Assembly: GCF_006345805.1 (NCBI RefSeq)
Contig: NW_021828061.1
Span: forward strand, 1 to 35,726
DNA length: 35,726 bases
Source of the DNA: Octopus sinensis
Lineage: Eukaryota
Reading direction: 5' to 3'
Part shown: piece after piece, positions 13,148 through 27,325 of the stretch
Layout: the number at the start of each line of letters is the position of its first letter
Position numbering within the stretch: the first letter of the stretch is position 1
The notes under the pieces: model-generated
What the model saw: only the letters and a program-made list of their open reading frames with translations
Database searches by the model: none
What the model was told of the DNA's origin: nothing
Made by a program: the position numbers and the translations under genes

Positions 13148-13289
13148 AGTACCAGTTACGCCCAGGGGTCGATGTAATCGACTTAATCCGTGTGTCTGTC
13201 CTTGTTTGTCCACTCTATGTTTAGCCTCTTGTGGGTAGTAAAGAAATAGGTATTTCGTTAGGTTCAGAGTTCAAATTTCGCCGAGGCCT
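13148..13289 (+). mobile_element. SINE family A, 3' half followed by a 5' fragment
   Basis: GTACCAGTTACG...GTAAAGAAATA followed by GGTATTTCG...GAGTTCAAATTTCGCCGAGG. Confidence 0.8.
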
Positions 13290-13816
13290 TGTGCTTCCAG
13301 TAGAGAAGATGATGATGCTGGCGATGATGGATGTGCTGTAGATAATGCTGACGATGATACGATGATGACAAAAATGATTGATGATTTATGTAATGGTTAA
13401 TATTATGAGGTTGGACAGGATCTTCATGATGATGATGATGATGAAGAAATAGAATTGCAACGATGAAAACATCTCGGCTTCTGTTCTCACAGACTCTAAA
13501 TATTAGTTAACTAGTTAAAAGAAAAAAAAGAGCTACTACTGCTGCTGCTGCTACTACTACTACGACAACATATAAAACGTCTTTCTAGAAGAGATATTTG
13601 TTGATATAGTATCAGTGACCGGGCCACGGTGGTGCGACGAAAATATCTTATGCCCCAAGAAATAAATGAATGTCACACCCACGACCTACTTATTCCAGTT
13701 TCAGCGTACATCGTACATTGAGTAATTTTGTGGGATTTCTTATCCTTACAGTTCCCAACGGTCCTTTTTTTTCTCCCCACCACCTCTCGCTCCACCTATT
13801 CTCCTCCTTATATGCA

Positions 13817-13847
<31 letters not shown>

Positions 13848-14761
13848 GTCCATAAGTCTCCCTACCGCTTTCTCCTTCCCTCTCCGACACTATCTATTGC
13901 GCATCGCCGAATTATCGTTTTATCTCTCAACATCTTACACTATAATCTCCTCGCTCTCTTCCTCTGTCCTTCCTTTTCACACTCTGTTCCTCTATTTCCA
14001 TCTCTCTCTCTATCTATCTTCAAACACACACACACTTCCTCTTATATCTTTATCATATCTCACCGTTTAATATCGTCACCAATAACTTTTATCTCACTAT
14101 TAGTTGCGTCTGCTGATGTTGCTGCTGCAAAAGTTGTTACTGTTGTTCGCTTCTATTTTTTTCCACCATTAAATGTTCCAGTGTCGTTTTGGTTGCAAAA
14201 AATGTCGGCAGAAATCCTCAGAACTCTCAGCCCGCCCACACACCACCACCATGGTGGAATAAAATGGCGTTATGTTAGAGTTGGAGCGACTTCACATAAT
14301 ATGTACAACAACAAATTATCCATACATTACAAAGACACACACAAACACACACACACATTCGTGGTGGAATATTTCTTATGCAAACAAAGAAATATTTGGA
14401 TAAGTTTAAGGGGATTTTTTTTAAATATATATTTTATAGTTTGTTTTTTTTTCAGAGAAGGCAAAGGAAACGGGGACAGAAATATAAATGATAATATTTT
14501 ATCACTGATTGCTGATAGCTGAAAATATCTTTTACTGAAATCAATTTAGTACAGTAAAATAAAATAAAAATGTAGGCCATACATATCGAAGTACAAACAA
14601 ACAAATATCAAAGTATACAGTCGTGACATCCATGTTTAATTGTCGTACCCAGCACTTCTGAAAGACTTCACACACACACACACTATATATATATATATAT
14701 ATAATATTAATTAGAGACAATCTGATTTTTCCCTGTAAATTTGGATTTATTCCCTAATATT

Positions 14762-14805
<44 letters not shown>

Positions 14806-14855
14806 GAAAGCTCGCCATTTGCTCTTATCCATTTCCAGATGTGTATATATCCTGT

Positions 14856-15166
14856 TATTCTTTTCCTTGTTTCAGTCATTTGACTGCGGTCGGTCACGCC
14901 TTTAGTCGAATAGATCGACTCCAGAACTCTTTATTCTGTCGGTCTCTTTTGCCGAATCGATAAGTTACAGGGACGTAAACACACCAGCATTGGTTGTTAA
15001 GAAATGGTTGGGGAACGAACACAGACACACAAATATATACATGTATATATATACGACGGGCTTCTTTCAGTTTCCGTCTACCAAATTTACTCAGTCCGAG
15101 GCTATAGAAGAAGACACTTGCCCACGGTGCCATGGGACTGAACCTGAACTCATTTGGTTGAGAAGC
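14856..15166 (-). mobile_element. SINE family B
   Basis: GTTTCAGTCATTTGACTGCGG...CTTTCAGTTTCCGTCTACCAAAT...GACACTTGCCCA...GGGACTGAACC. Confidence 0.88.
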
Positions 15167-15582
15167 AGCACCTTAAAACGATGAGTTGAGAAGCTTCATC
15201 TAATGAGCATTTGTACTTCAGGCCGTGACCATACAGCCGATTGGTTAAGAAGTTCGTTTCACAATCCTGAGATTCTGGAAGAGATTCCTTTAGCTGGCTT
15301 CATAAGCAAGTATCTCTGGCCATAGCTTCTTCCACTCAATACCCAACTTTCGATATGAATCTATATTCATCAGTTTAGTAGTTATGTTCAGACTATTGCT
15401 TTTATTTACCTATCTTCGTAATTAGTTCCTTAGTCATCCCTGTTTGCTGTAATATTGCATTATTTGCGTTGTTCTGTGTAATGGTCCTTTTGTTTTACTT
15501 CCCGTGATTTTGTCGCCTGACTCCAAAACATTTTGTTATATAAATACCCCAACACAGGTGTCAAACAGTATATTTCTTTTTT

Positions 15583-15763
15583 GGGAGAGGGAAGAGTTGA
15601 TTTAATCGACTTCAGGGCTTGACTGGTACCTACTTTATCGACCCTGTAGGAATGAAAGGTTAAGTCGGCCTCGGCGGAATTTGAACTCAGGACGTAAAGT
15701 TGGAAGAAATGTCGCTAAGCATTTTGCCCAGCGCGGTAACAATACTGCCAGCTCGTCGCCTTA
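15583..15763 (-). mobile_element. SINE family A
   Basis: CCTCGGCGGAATTTGAACTCAG...GCTAAGCATTTTGCCC...GCCAGCTCGTCGCC. Confidence 0.85.
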
Positions 15764-16660
15764 TATTCAAAGCAGATAAACACACGCACATATCAAGTTT
15801 ATACAGTATAATTTATATATAAGGGTGAATGAGCGAGTCGTTAGTGCTTCGAATAAAATGTTGTGCAGTATTTGTTTGTGTCACCGAAGTCAAATGTGAC
15901 TTTGGACATTCCGATGTCTCTCCAGGCAATGCCAGAATATCGGTGGAGATGTGTCACAGAATCTAGATCGGTGTTGTGTTCTGTCATTAGGTTGAGAGGA
16001 ATTGGGTTTAAAGGGTTCGGGGGAATTAGTGATAAGTTTGGGGAGACTCTTAACAAAGGCTCGAATAATTCAACACATCACATGAAATGCTGTCAAAAAC
16101 ATTTAAGATTGTCATGGAGTAGGCGCTCTAACGAGTGAGCGAGTAATATGGGGTGTGTCTATGTGTGGGCCCAGGTATGTGTATGTATGCATGTATGTAT
16201 GTATGTATGTATGTATGTGCGTGTGTATTTATGTGTGAGTATATGCTTATGTTCACATATTTCCATTGTCTCGAGACGTCTTCTGAATTTTGACTCAGTT
16301 GCTTCTTCACCATGTTCCGTTATTCTGAATGTTGATTCCTCTGTCAGCCTCTCTTTATCTCTCTCTCTTTATTTCTGTCTGTCTGTCTGTCTGTCTCCCC
16401 TTACCCCCATGTAACAGTAGTGTGTGTGTCTTCAGCCTTTGCTCTTCGTTGTTTTGTTCGCTGCGCCTGTTGATGTTCCATGAATACACATGCATGTATA
16501 CTTAGATGTGTGTGTATGTTATATAATGGTGGATGCATTTATATATCTATATATATATATGTTTGTGTGTATGCATGTGCGATATAACACTCAGTTTTAT
16601 CTAAATCTTTTACATAATAATCCCAACAGACTAATTGATGTGTATGGCATCTGGCGTGTG

Positions 16661-16702
<42 letters not shown>

Positions 16703-17320
16703 GTATGTGTATGTGTAGATATATATATATGAATGCGCGTGTGTGTGTGTGTGGCTGATTCTTAGACTATATATCTTCTTCTCTAACACCCTTTATCTAC
16801 GCAACTCTTGTCTAACAAGAATTTTCCTTAAATCCCTAAATTCTCCCCACCTCATTCCTTATTCTTTATCAGGAACACAATTCGTTATTGTTATCAACTT
16901 TATCAATACCACCACCACCACCACCACCATGAACATCATCATCATTACTATTATTATCATTATTAAGAATAGTATTGTGACAAGTTTAGTACTGGAGGGC
17001 TGGGGAGTGGTGGTGGTCGCCTAACACCGTTTATCTGTTGAGATATTTTTTGTGTTTTTTTATGTTTTATCATTTATAAATGATATTGTTAGTTCTGCTT
17101 AGTCTACAGAGGAGAAATAAATAAATTACAGAAATAAAAGAAATATAGCAAAAAGTAAATAAATAGATAATACAAAAGGTAAATGAACACACAGACAGAC
17201 AAACGCACAATTACAAAATAATTTATTTGCTTAAGCTTTCATATTTGGTGGTGCTTGGGATTTGTTGTTATTTTCTATTCCCTGCCTATACATGAGCCTC
17301 TGTGTGTGTGTGTGTGTGTT

Positions 17321-17355
<35 letters not shown>

Positions 17356-17438
17356 TGTTTGCGTATGTGTATATACGTGTGCGTGTAGTGTGTAGATGTG
17401 GTTGTGTATGCATGCTTGTGTATGCTAATGCGTATGTC

Positions 17439-17471
<33 letters not shown>

Positions 17472-17895
17472 GTGTGTGTGTGTGTGTGTATGTGTATACA
17501 TATATATCTATGTGTGTGTTTGTGCGCATGTAGATATAAATGTGTATATATATTTACATGTGTATATATGTATGTATATATAAATATATGTATACGTGTG
17601 TGTATGTATAGGTGTGTGAGAGCATGTGTGTATGTGTGTGTGCTTGTCTGTATGTATGACACTAGTCGGAGGTAGTAACTTAACTCTCCAAGATACTAGC
17701 GGAAGGGGGCAGCTGCATGTTATGTTTTACAGGAACACGGGCAACCAATGTGAAACTGATACAGTAACATACATATACACTCTTATACATGCATATATAC
17801 ACACATATATACACACGTTTTAACGGTAAAACACAGGAAACACTACACATATCACCGCACCACTTTTCCGCTTAATACGACTGCTATTCAGCTGA

Positions 17896-18100
17896 AGGTG
17901 GGCAAGCTGGCGGAAACGTGAGCACTTTGGGCGAAATGCTTACTGGTATTTCGTTTGTCTTTACGTTCTGAGTTCAAATTCCACCGAATTCGACTTTGCC
18001 TTTCATACTTTCGGGGTCGATAAACTAAGTACCGGGGTCGATCTAATTGACTGGCCACCTCCCCAAAACTTTCGGGCCTTGTGCCGAGAGCAGAAAAGGA
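17896..18100 (+). mobile_element. SINE family A
   Basis: GTTCTGAGTTCAAATTCCACCG...GACTTTGCCTTTCATACTTTCGGGGTCGATAA. Confidence 0.88.
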
Positions 18101-18112
18101 TATTCAGTTAAT

Positions 18113-18660
18113 ATGCTCATACTGCTGGGTCTTATGATCTACCAGGATCTCCCCTGCCGGAAGCACTCCATAGTTGTGTCCCTGACTGCAACTTCAAGAC
18201 TGGTCCTTCTTTTTAAAACCAGAAAATATTTCAGCCAGAAGCCCCACCCCTCCCAGCAGCCACTGACTTACTGCGAGTTTCAAATGAGGTCCACAATGGA
18301 GTACTGCTTTTGCTTGGCTCACTGAGAACGGTGACTACAACCAGGTGTGAATCTGCTGGCTAACATTTTATCACTAACGGACAGGGTCCAGTTTCTGACC
18401 CAGAATTATTCTGTGTCCTCTCCTTCTGTTTTTCTGACTCTACTGCAATGGCCTTAGTTCATCGGCCCTTGCTGGTCTGCTCGTATTTCCTCTACTCAGG
18501 TATCCCTGACCCACGTACCATTCTGTCTCTTCTAGTATTCAATCTCAGTTCAGATCTGCACTAACTTCTTTGACCAATCCTTCTTCCTTAAAATATCAAC
18601 CCTCTGGAATCTCTTCTTTGCTCGTGTTTTTCCTGCACGAATTCTGCAGAACGTTAACGA
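18113..18660 (+). pseudogene. CR1/L2-group LINE ORF2 3' fragment
   Basis: LILLGLMIYQDLPCRKH...RLVLLFKTRKYFS...QMRSTMEYC and later SFFLKISTLWNL...VFP match the LG...DL.W..H / RP.MEYC / FF.R...LWN.LP motifs. Confidence 0.8.
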
Positions 18661-18742
18661 CGCCATGCTCGCCAGCCTCACAAAGCCTGCAAACGTTTCG
18701 GTCACTACGCCTTCCCGTAGACTCATCAAAATATACACACAC

Positions 18743-18791
<49 letters not shown>

Positions 18792-18917
18792 TATATATAT
18801 ATATATATATATATACGTATGTGTACGTATGTTATATATATACCTGTATGTATGCGTGTATGTATTATATATATGTATGCATGTATGCATTATGCATATA
18901 TATGTATGTGTGTGTGT

Positions 18918-19050
18918 AAACTTATTTATTGTCTTTAAGCTATAGTGTAAGACAGAGATAAGTTTGGCAGGATGAAAGTAATAATAATAATAATGATTCT
19001 GTCAAACTTATCTCCGTCTTACACTATCGCTTACTGACAATAAAAAGTTT
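18918..19050. repeat. Fold-back inverted repeat (about 55-bp arms, 24-nt spacer)
   Basis: 18918-18972 matches the reverse complement of 18997-19050 (TATAGTGTAAGACAGAGATAAGTTTG versus CAAACTTATCTCCGTCTTACACTAT). Confidence 0.9.
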
Positions 19051-19876
19051 TCACACACATAAGCACATAAATACACACACACACACGCACATAAATACAC
19101 ACACACACACGCACGGACATATACACTCATACGCATACGTATATACAAAAATACAACAATCGTTGTTTGTAATTTGCCACAAGGGTATTGGATCAGGAGA
19201 ACATTACATGAATAAAAGTACGCACATACTCACTCGCATATATCTACATATATACACATATAAAGAATCTCTTGTTTTCCTCTTATCTGACAGACAACAT
19301 AACTACATAAAAACCATTTACGTTAGTCATTCTATCTTCCCATCTTTCCAGTACCAAAGTCTCAAACATCTCAAAGACTTAAGAACCGTTCCCGTATGCT
19401 TCCATCATCTCTGTCTTCATCTTCGTTTTTAGTCTCTCACATTCTGTTTCCTTCAATGTATTTCTCTGTCTTTCGTCTTCTTCCTCTTCGCCTCGCCTGT
19501 TAGCTACTATTTCTATCATTAAATCAACCAGTGTTATGAAGTATATATTTTTTCCTATTTGACACGATAACGAACGCAATGAAACCCTTCCTCCATAAAT
19601 TATTGCTCTACCGATATGTATAGCAATGAGCCTTGCACATTTGGTTAGACGTATGACGATTTATTATCGATATCTATTGATTTCTCGAATAAGCACGTGT
19701 TCTCATGTTTGGCTTCGAGAGTTCAGTTGATTATATCTATCTCTGTATTCAACACGGTCTTTGTTTTATCGAGTGCGGAAGAAAGGAAACACGACGTCAA
19801 TATCGGCGGATTGGAACTCAGAATTGCAAAACTATCTCTCTGCAGATTCTCTACCGAGTATTCTTCATGTCTTCGA

Positions 19877-20108
19877 GTCATTCGACTGCGGCCATGCTTG
19901 GGCATTCTCTCGAAAGCTTTGCTCGAAGAAATCAACTCCTGTACTTATTTTATGTCTTTTATCTTTCATATTTTATCGATCTCTTTTTGCCAAATCATTA
20001 AGCTATGGAGACAAGAACAAACCAACCCGTTTGTTGTCAAACACAGATACATGGACACATATATATGACAGGATTCCACACAGTTTCCGACCGCAAAATT
20101 CCCTCAAA
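19877..20108 (-). mobile_element. Degraded SINE family B
   Basis: AGTCATTCGACTGCGGCCATGCT...CTCTTTTTGCC...CAGTTTCCG. Confidence 0.65.
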
Positions 20109-20216
20109 TGGCAGAGCCTTAAGACACAATGTCTACGTTATGGTTTGAATGCTATTTGGCTTCTGTTTCTTGGAAAGTCAATCAGTCACTACAATTCCCC
20201 TGTTCCAGTGTTAGCA

Positions 20217-20242
20217 TCTATCTATCTACGTATCTATCTACG

Positions 20243-20329
<87 letters not shown>

Positions 20330-20375
20330 TTATCTCTCTCTCTCTCTATTTATCTATCTATCTATCTATCTCTAT
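20217..20375. repeat. (TCTA)n tetranucleotide microsatellite (similar tracts near 5961, 7503, 26709 and 30278)
   Basis: Direct inspection. Confidence 0.95.
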
Positions 20376-21180
20376 CTCCATCCATCCACCCATCCATGCT
20401 CACACATATTGGTAAACTGTCAATATCTTTACATAAGTGCTTGGGAATCAATCATTTCAGTGCTACAAGTTAAGCGACAAACAGACAAACGCTAGACACT
20501 ATGTTTATATTTATAACTAAATAGTCGATGAATTTACAGATTCTTGTTTTCCTACCAATTACAAATTTACTCAACGTCATAATATTTTCGATTCAATAAC
20601 TTAACCAGTATAATTTATGTATGTTCTTCAACTCTTTTAAGTGTTTTTCCTCTTTCATCTTCCAGTCTGTGGGACATTATAATATTAGTACTGCTACGAT
20701 CATCATTTGTTCTGTAAATTCTTACTGAAAAAAATATTGATTTATAACCATTCCTCTGTCAATTATCAGAACAGTATAGACGTTTTTATCACAGAATATG
20801 CGGCCAACCGTTTTGGAAACTAGTTATTACCATTCTGAGTGTTTTCTAAACTTTCCTAGAATCTTTGAATTGTCATTTTTTATGAAAGACAAATGTGTGT
20901 GTGTGTGTGTGTGTGTGTGTTGTGTACGTGCGTAGGTGGGGTGGAAACGCGCGACATATGCATATATATTCTTGAAGAAATTGGAGAAGTGACAGCGGCC
21001 ATGTTCTTTTAATGGGATCTAATTTAAGTGGGGTAAGAGAAAATGGGAATAGAAACCACGATTCCTGGGTTTATCCTAAACCAAGATACCTCAAATGAAT
21101 AGATGTAAACAAATGGAGTATATATATATAAATACATACATACATACATACATACATACATACATACATACACACACACG

Positions 21181-21234
<54 letters not shown>

Positions 21235-21319
21235 CATACACATGCACACGCAAGTACGTATGTTCAGTATGTTCACACACACATACACACACACACACAC
21301 ACACACAGATATATATGAT

Positions 21320-21660
21320 AGCGTGGTAAGAAATTTGCTTCAAAACCACATGGTTCCGAGTTCAGTCATCTCACTGCGCGGCACCTTAGGTGACTATCTT
21401 CTACTATAGCTTCGGCCACTTAAAGCCGTTCGAGTGGATTTTGTTGTCGGAAACTGAAAGAAGCTTATATAAATTTGTGTGTCCCTCACCTCCGTTTGGC
21501 ACCCAATGCTGGTTGTAACTGTGATTTGGCAAAGGTGACAGATATGATAAGTGCCGGGATTATATTCTGGGGTCGATTAGCTTCACTAAAAAGATTCCTC
21601 AATATGGTGCTCCAGCATGGACAGAATCTAATTACTCACACAAGTAAAAAGCTAAAGATA
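21320..21660 (+). mobile_element. SINE family B
   Basis: GTGGTAAGAA...CCACATGGTTCCGAGTTCAGT...CGGAAACTGAAAGAAGC...GGTGCTCCAGCATGG. Confidence 0.82.
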
Positions 21661-22409
21661 ACCCACAGAACCTCGGAAAATTAGAAACAATTGATTAAGC
21701 ATTATCTTAGCCTAATAGGATTATCTATGAAGTCTATGGAGCCATATCAGTGTCTGTAATCCCCATAGATTACATGGACCTATAAACCTTCTCAAGTTTA
21801 CAAGAATGAAGGACGACTCAAAATAACGACACTTCAAGGTAAAAAATTCAAAAACAAGCATACCAAACATAAGTTCCCATCATGAGTTGCCTAACCGATA
21901 TCACTATGATTTCGACATATATGTATGAAAGAGAGTGTAATTGTAAATGTGATTATCATAGTTATAATAATGGTAGTAGTGTTAATTTTAAGCCCAGGTT
22001 AACACTAATTAGCTAGCTCTATGATGGAAGATATTCCAGTGGTGATTTTCTGTTATTGAAATTTGTATACATGCTATTAGAATTAATCTGAATGACAGAT
22101 TAAATTCAATCATAAAGTTATTGTCACTGCAGTCTCAGTCGTACAGGATGAGTGGAAACGACGTATGGCATTACCGGAAGGTGACGAAACCCGTTTAACA
22201 TAACCTCATCCAGCGTATGTATGTGTCTGTGTTTGGTGACGTCCGTGACTTATGCTTTCTCGTCGACCATGTTATCAGGTGCGACACGGTTCCGGCTATC
22301 AGCAACGTCTACTGTGGAGATCATCATACAGCCTTTCTTCAGTGAATAGGTGCCGGTAATCTTCTCTTTCCTGGTGGTTGTGGCGGAATCAGTTACATAT
22401 ATATATGAA

Positions 22410-22800
22410 AAATACCAGTGAGATATGGAGGAACCACCTGAAAATGGAAAGAAGGTCAGATGGGTTCCACCCACGATGCTTGTAAAAAATTCTCAGAACG
22501 TACTTCCAAGCCACATAACCAGCGAAAACATTCTAAACAGAATCTACACAAGACTGCATTGTGAAACCATCACAGAATGGAAATTAAAACTAGAAGGTCA
22601 CACACTCTGGCTTTCAGAATGACGCCATTTATTTCAAAAGAAAAAGGTTTGAAATAGATAACAACGGGGAAGAAACGGAAGCGAAAACGATTGAAAAATA
22701 TGGTGTGCAGCAAATTCATAATCGACATGAGAGAGGTCAATATCACATGACCGGGTGAAGAATAAATCACAGCCAAGAGAAACCGGTTTTGCCCAATATA
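22410..22800 (+). pseudogene. RTE-clade LINE ORF 3' fragment
   Basis: EIW...DGFHPRCL*KILR / HITSENILNR...LKLEGH / GKKRKRKR...DMREVNIT* match the RTE C-terminal motifs, with frameshifts and stops. Confidence 0.72.
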
Positions 22801-22984
22801 CTCGAGATCACTTGGAGGACATTGTCCTCCCAGGACAAGTTCCCATTCAGTTAGATCTTCGAATTCTGATTAAGGAGGAAGGTGAGACTAGAGAGGAAGA
22901 TGGTGTTCGTCAATAAATTTCATAGCATGTCCGTTTGAATGGCGAACTTAGCAGGGCCAAAAATGTCTATATTAATTATAGGGC

Positions 22985-23048
22985 AGGAGCAGGGTAAAAA
23001 GCTTTTGCCCTTCTCGCGGAAAGGTCGTTGGTTCGAACCAAGGTGGTG
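22985..23048 (+). other. Degenerate tRNA-like or SINE head
   Basis: B-box GGTTCGAACC at 23030-23039; no complete cloverleaf. Confidence 0.3.
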
Positions 23049-23916
23049 TCTGGGGTAACCAAAATAGTACAATGTAGTTTCACTCTGCCGCTTTGAAGAT
23101 ATTTGTAATACTGAAATTGCTGTGTTATCTTGTCAGTTGTATCTGTTACTAGTTATATAATAATGTGTATTGTTACTTTATTAGCTTTGCCCTTTTACCT
23201 GGCCCAATATCACGCATTTTTGTATTTCGTTCTCCTATAGTTCCTTCCCAACATCTTGGACAATTGTGGGCAATAAATGCAATCATCATCATCGTCATCA
23301 TCATCTTCATCGTCACTATCACGACCGTCTTACACGCCTTCATTGTAGCGTAGTTGTCTTTATGTCGCTCATGTCGATGGTGATGGTGATACTGCTGCTG
23401 TTGATGTCTTGTGAAATATTACCGCGTAAAAATCCATTAAAAGGAACGTTAAAAGGGTCCAGTGTAATTTTTCTATCAGACAACTTGTTTGATGTTTAAC
23501 TCAGGAATCAATAAAGAAAATTGAAGATGAAAAAAAGAAACAAAACACACACACACACACACATACATATTCTATCTGTATATGTGCAAGACTTTTCATG
23601 TAATATATATATCATATATATATATAATAATATATAATATATATATATGTGTGTATGTGGGGTGTGTTGTGTGTGTGTAGTTATATGTGTATGGGTTTGA
23701 ATGTATGCATGTGCTGAAGCATAGCGTCTGGTTGAAGATACCGATGAAAAGGAGGGGGGAAGCGAATATGTAAAATGTCTTGATGATGATGATGATATAT
23801 GTATATATATATATATATGTATGTGTGTGAGTGTATATGTATGCATATGTGTGTATATATATTTATATCGATTGCATTTAAAAATTTATATATATATATA
23901 TGTGTATGTATATATA

Positions 23917-23955
<39 letters not shown>

Positions 23956-24617
23956 TATATACATATACATACACACTCACACACACACACGTTAATATAA
24001 GTATATATGCAGACATACAAAAATTTACGTTTGTGTGCGTGTGAATGTATTTTGTATGTCTATAATACACACGAGACCTATGAAAGCATAAAATGAATGA
24101 GAAAAGATAGAGTGGAAGAAAGAAATGGAGAAGGGAGATATAAAAAAAAGGTAAAAAGGAGAAAAAAATCTGTCAAGATTTGAGGAGAGAATATGTGTTT
24201 AAAAGAGTTAAGTTCAAAGGAAACTTTTGAACCAGGAGATCTGCAACAACAACAACATTAATATTATCAGCATCGTCATCATCACCATCACCATCAACAA
24301 CAATGGTGACGACGACAACTCGACTATATTTAAAATTATAACAGTAATATCAAGAACGGTAATGCAAACAACAGCGATAACCACTGTAACAGTATTATTA
24401 AAAACAGTACCACCACCATCACCACCACCAATGACAACACTAACAGTAGCAGCAGCAGTAGCGGCAGCAGTAGCAGCAGCAATAGCAGCAAATATAAGTG
24501 ATATTGACAACAGCAACTGTAATAACAGCCATTTTGACAGTAATATTACCAACCACATTAGGAACAACAATAATAATTTATTAGCAACAAATGCTTCGAG
24601 ATGAAATATACAGTATC

Positions 24618-24659
<42 letters not shown>

Positions 24660-24849
24660 GCAATAATTTTATTTGCCTCAGTGGCATAGACGAAGGAAAT
24701 ATCACTACAACAGTTAACAATTTGTGTTGGATTTGCATAAAAGATGAATGGAAAAGAAAGGGAAAAGAGGGTGAAATGGGATAAAATTGGTAAAACGCTG
24801 CCCAATGTTGCCAATTATTGTCGTCGTCGTTGTTGTTGTTGTTGTTATT

Positions 24850-25060
24850 AAGGTGGCAGAATCATTTTCCCACTGGACGAAATGCTTAGCGCTATTTCGC
24901 CCGTCGCTACGTTCTGAGTTCAAATTCCACCGAGGTCGACTTTACCTGTTATCCTTTCGGGGGTCGATAAATTAAAGTACCAGTGATACACAGGGGTCGA
25001 TGTAATCAATTTACTCCCTTCCCACTAAACTTCAGGCCTTGTGCCTTTAGTAGAAAGTAT
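24850..25060 (+). mobile_element. SINE family A with a (TAT)n tail
   Basis: GTTCTGAGTTCAAATTCCACCGAGGTCGACTTT...GGCCTTGTGCCTTTAGTAGAAAG, followed by (TAT)n. Confidence 0.9.
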
Positions 25061-25099
25061 TATTATTATTATTATTATTATTATGAACATCATAAAGAG

Positions 25100-25829
25100 G
25101 AAATAGATCATTGCAAACCCGCTGACGGCTGTTGAACAACAACAAGAAACATAAGAACCGGAAGCTATGCAACAAGAGCAACCACAAAAACCTGTGAAAG
25201 TACCAAGTGCAATAACAGCGGCATCAGTAAGAGGAATGACGGCAACAACAACAACACGAAGAAGTGTAACAAAATGGAGAAAAGCAGAGCAGGAATACTC
25301 ATTGTTGATAACCTTTATAGTTTGCATCATCATTAACAACAACAACAAACAAACAAACAAACAAACACTATAACTGGCAACAACAATAAAAACAACAGCA
25401 AAAACAACTGCAGCTTGTTTATTAGAAAAGAAAAATGGTGGGGTGGAAAACGTGATGTGCAAAATTACTTAAAACCTTAATGGCGGTCGACCACAACAAC
25501 AACAACAACAACATCTACCGTCATCGACACCCACACCTATCAACAACAACCGCAACAACAACAACAACAAATGGCAATAGCAATGAGAAGCACAACATTT
25601 TTGGGAAAGAACAAAAAACTACAGCAATAAAAATAATAATAATAATAATAATAATAATTTTAATAATCATGATGATGATGATGATGATGGTGGAGATAAC
25701 AACGAAAATAACACAATAACGTCGACAACAACAAGTGTGACGTCAACGGTAACAACAACAACATCAGCATTAATATTACTAGCAATATTGGAAATGTTAA
25801 CAGCCAATGCAATACCCACAAGCAGTCCC

Positions 25830-25861
<32 letters not shown>

Positions 25862-26000
25862 TAATAATAATAATAATAATAACAATAATAATAATAACAA
25901 TAATAATAACGATGATGATGGTGACGATGATGATGATAGTTGCAGCATCAATAACATCATCATCATCACCATTATCATCAATAAAAACGAGAACAAGAAC
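25100..26000. repeat. Degenerate AAC/AAT/GAT trinucleotide low-complexity tract (similar tracts at 2460-3010, 5240-5930 and 24240-24660)
   Basis: Direct inspection. Confidence 0.8.
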
Positions 26001-26723
26001 AAATTGATTGTTGAAAAATTGTCTAAGATACTGGTTTCTTTATAACGGAGTGGCTTTGACACATATATACATGCATAGACACACACACACACACACCACG
26101 CGCACACACACACATACATATGTATATATATGCCTGTATATTAATATATTTTTGTGCGCATTTCTGTATATATGGAAATGTGTGCATGCGTTTAACATCA
26201 GAACATATATATGTATATATACACATACATATGTACCCATACATGTATGTACATACATATAAACATGCATATATACGTGTTTGTGCATATGTATGCGAAT
26301 ATAACAGACTTAAAAAGGGGGGAAGTGTATAAAAAAAATGAAGAAAATATAAATTATATATACCCCCCTCTATTCACACATACATGTAGACGCACACACC
26401 AGGTATGGAAGAACCCACTCACCCCCACCCCCATACATACAACTAGAGTCTTAGACAAATGTGATAAACCAAATAAATGCAGCATTTACGGATATTAAAT
26501 GAAGATGAAGGAAATTCAAAAATGGAGAAAGAAAGAAAGAAAAGCAAAAAAGGTTTGAAAGATATTCTTTGGCAAAATTGCATGATTAAAAGTTTTCTTC
26601 TTGCCTGTCGCTTGAAGCAAGGTTCGATTCGGCTGCAAGTCTCTTCTTGCAGTGTGCTACAGTATCTAGCGGGAAATTTGGTTAACGGAAACTGTAGGCT
26701 TAATGTGATCTATCCATCTATCC

Positions 26724-26799
<76 letters not shown>

Positions 26800-26965
26800 G
26801 TCTGTCTGTCTCGAAATGAGGAGTTGATAGACATCCGACAATTGATGAAGGGTCGTTCTTGATGTTACTTGTCCTGTTTTCCATTTGTTACTCTAGTTGT
26901 TTGTACATTGAAATCATTTGTCTTCGTATTTCATGTTATTTACTGTTGGTGACGTCCGTATCCAT

Positions 26966-27048
<83 letters not shown>

Positions 27049-27049
<1 letters not shown>

Positions 27050-27325
27050 ACATTATTGGTGAATTGAAGAAATGGAGCTGAACGCAGATTGAACAGAAAT
27101 CGTTTTATTTCATTCTACACGTGTTTCGAAAGGCACAAATTACCAAAATCCGATTGAATAATGGGACCATATTGTGTCTTTCTCTTCAGGAAGAAAAAAG
27201 GAAATCCATTGGAAAAACAAAAACAGAACAGAGGCGGAGCAAAAAACAAATCGAACTGTGCTCCTAAGAGCCCATGGCGAAACTGTTTATCAGTGTATGT
27301 TGAGAACCGGTGGCTGAAGAATTCA
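27049..27325 (-). repeat. Left inverted arm of the Penelope-like element
   Basis: AACATTATTGGTG...GAAGAATTCA is the reverse complement of 28358-28633. Confidence 0.97.
27105..27199 (-). ncRNA. Type I hammerhead ribozyme, second copy on the minus strand
   Basis: Exact reverse complement of the 28483-28577 core: TCTTCAG at 27183-27189, TTTC at 27124-27127, TAC at 27116-27118. Confidence 0.85.

Noticed and set aside
13728-14522. Longest ORF (264 aa)
   Set aside because: GTG start, crosses (CA)n and CT-rich tracts, and has no motifs.
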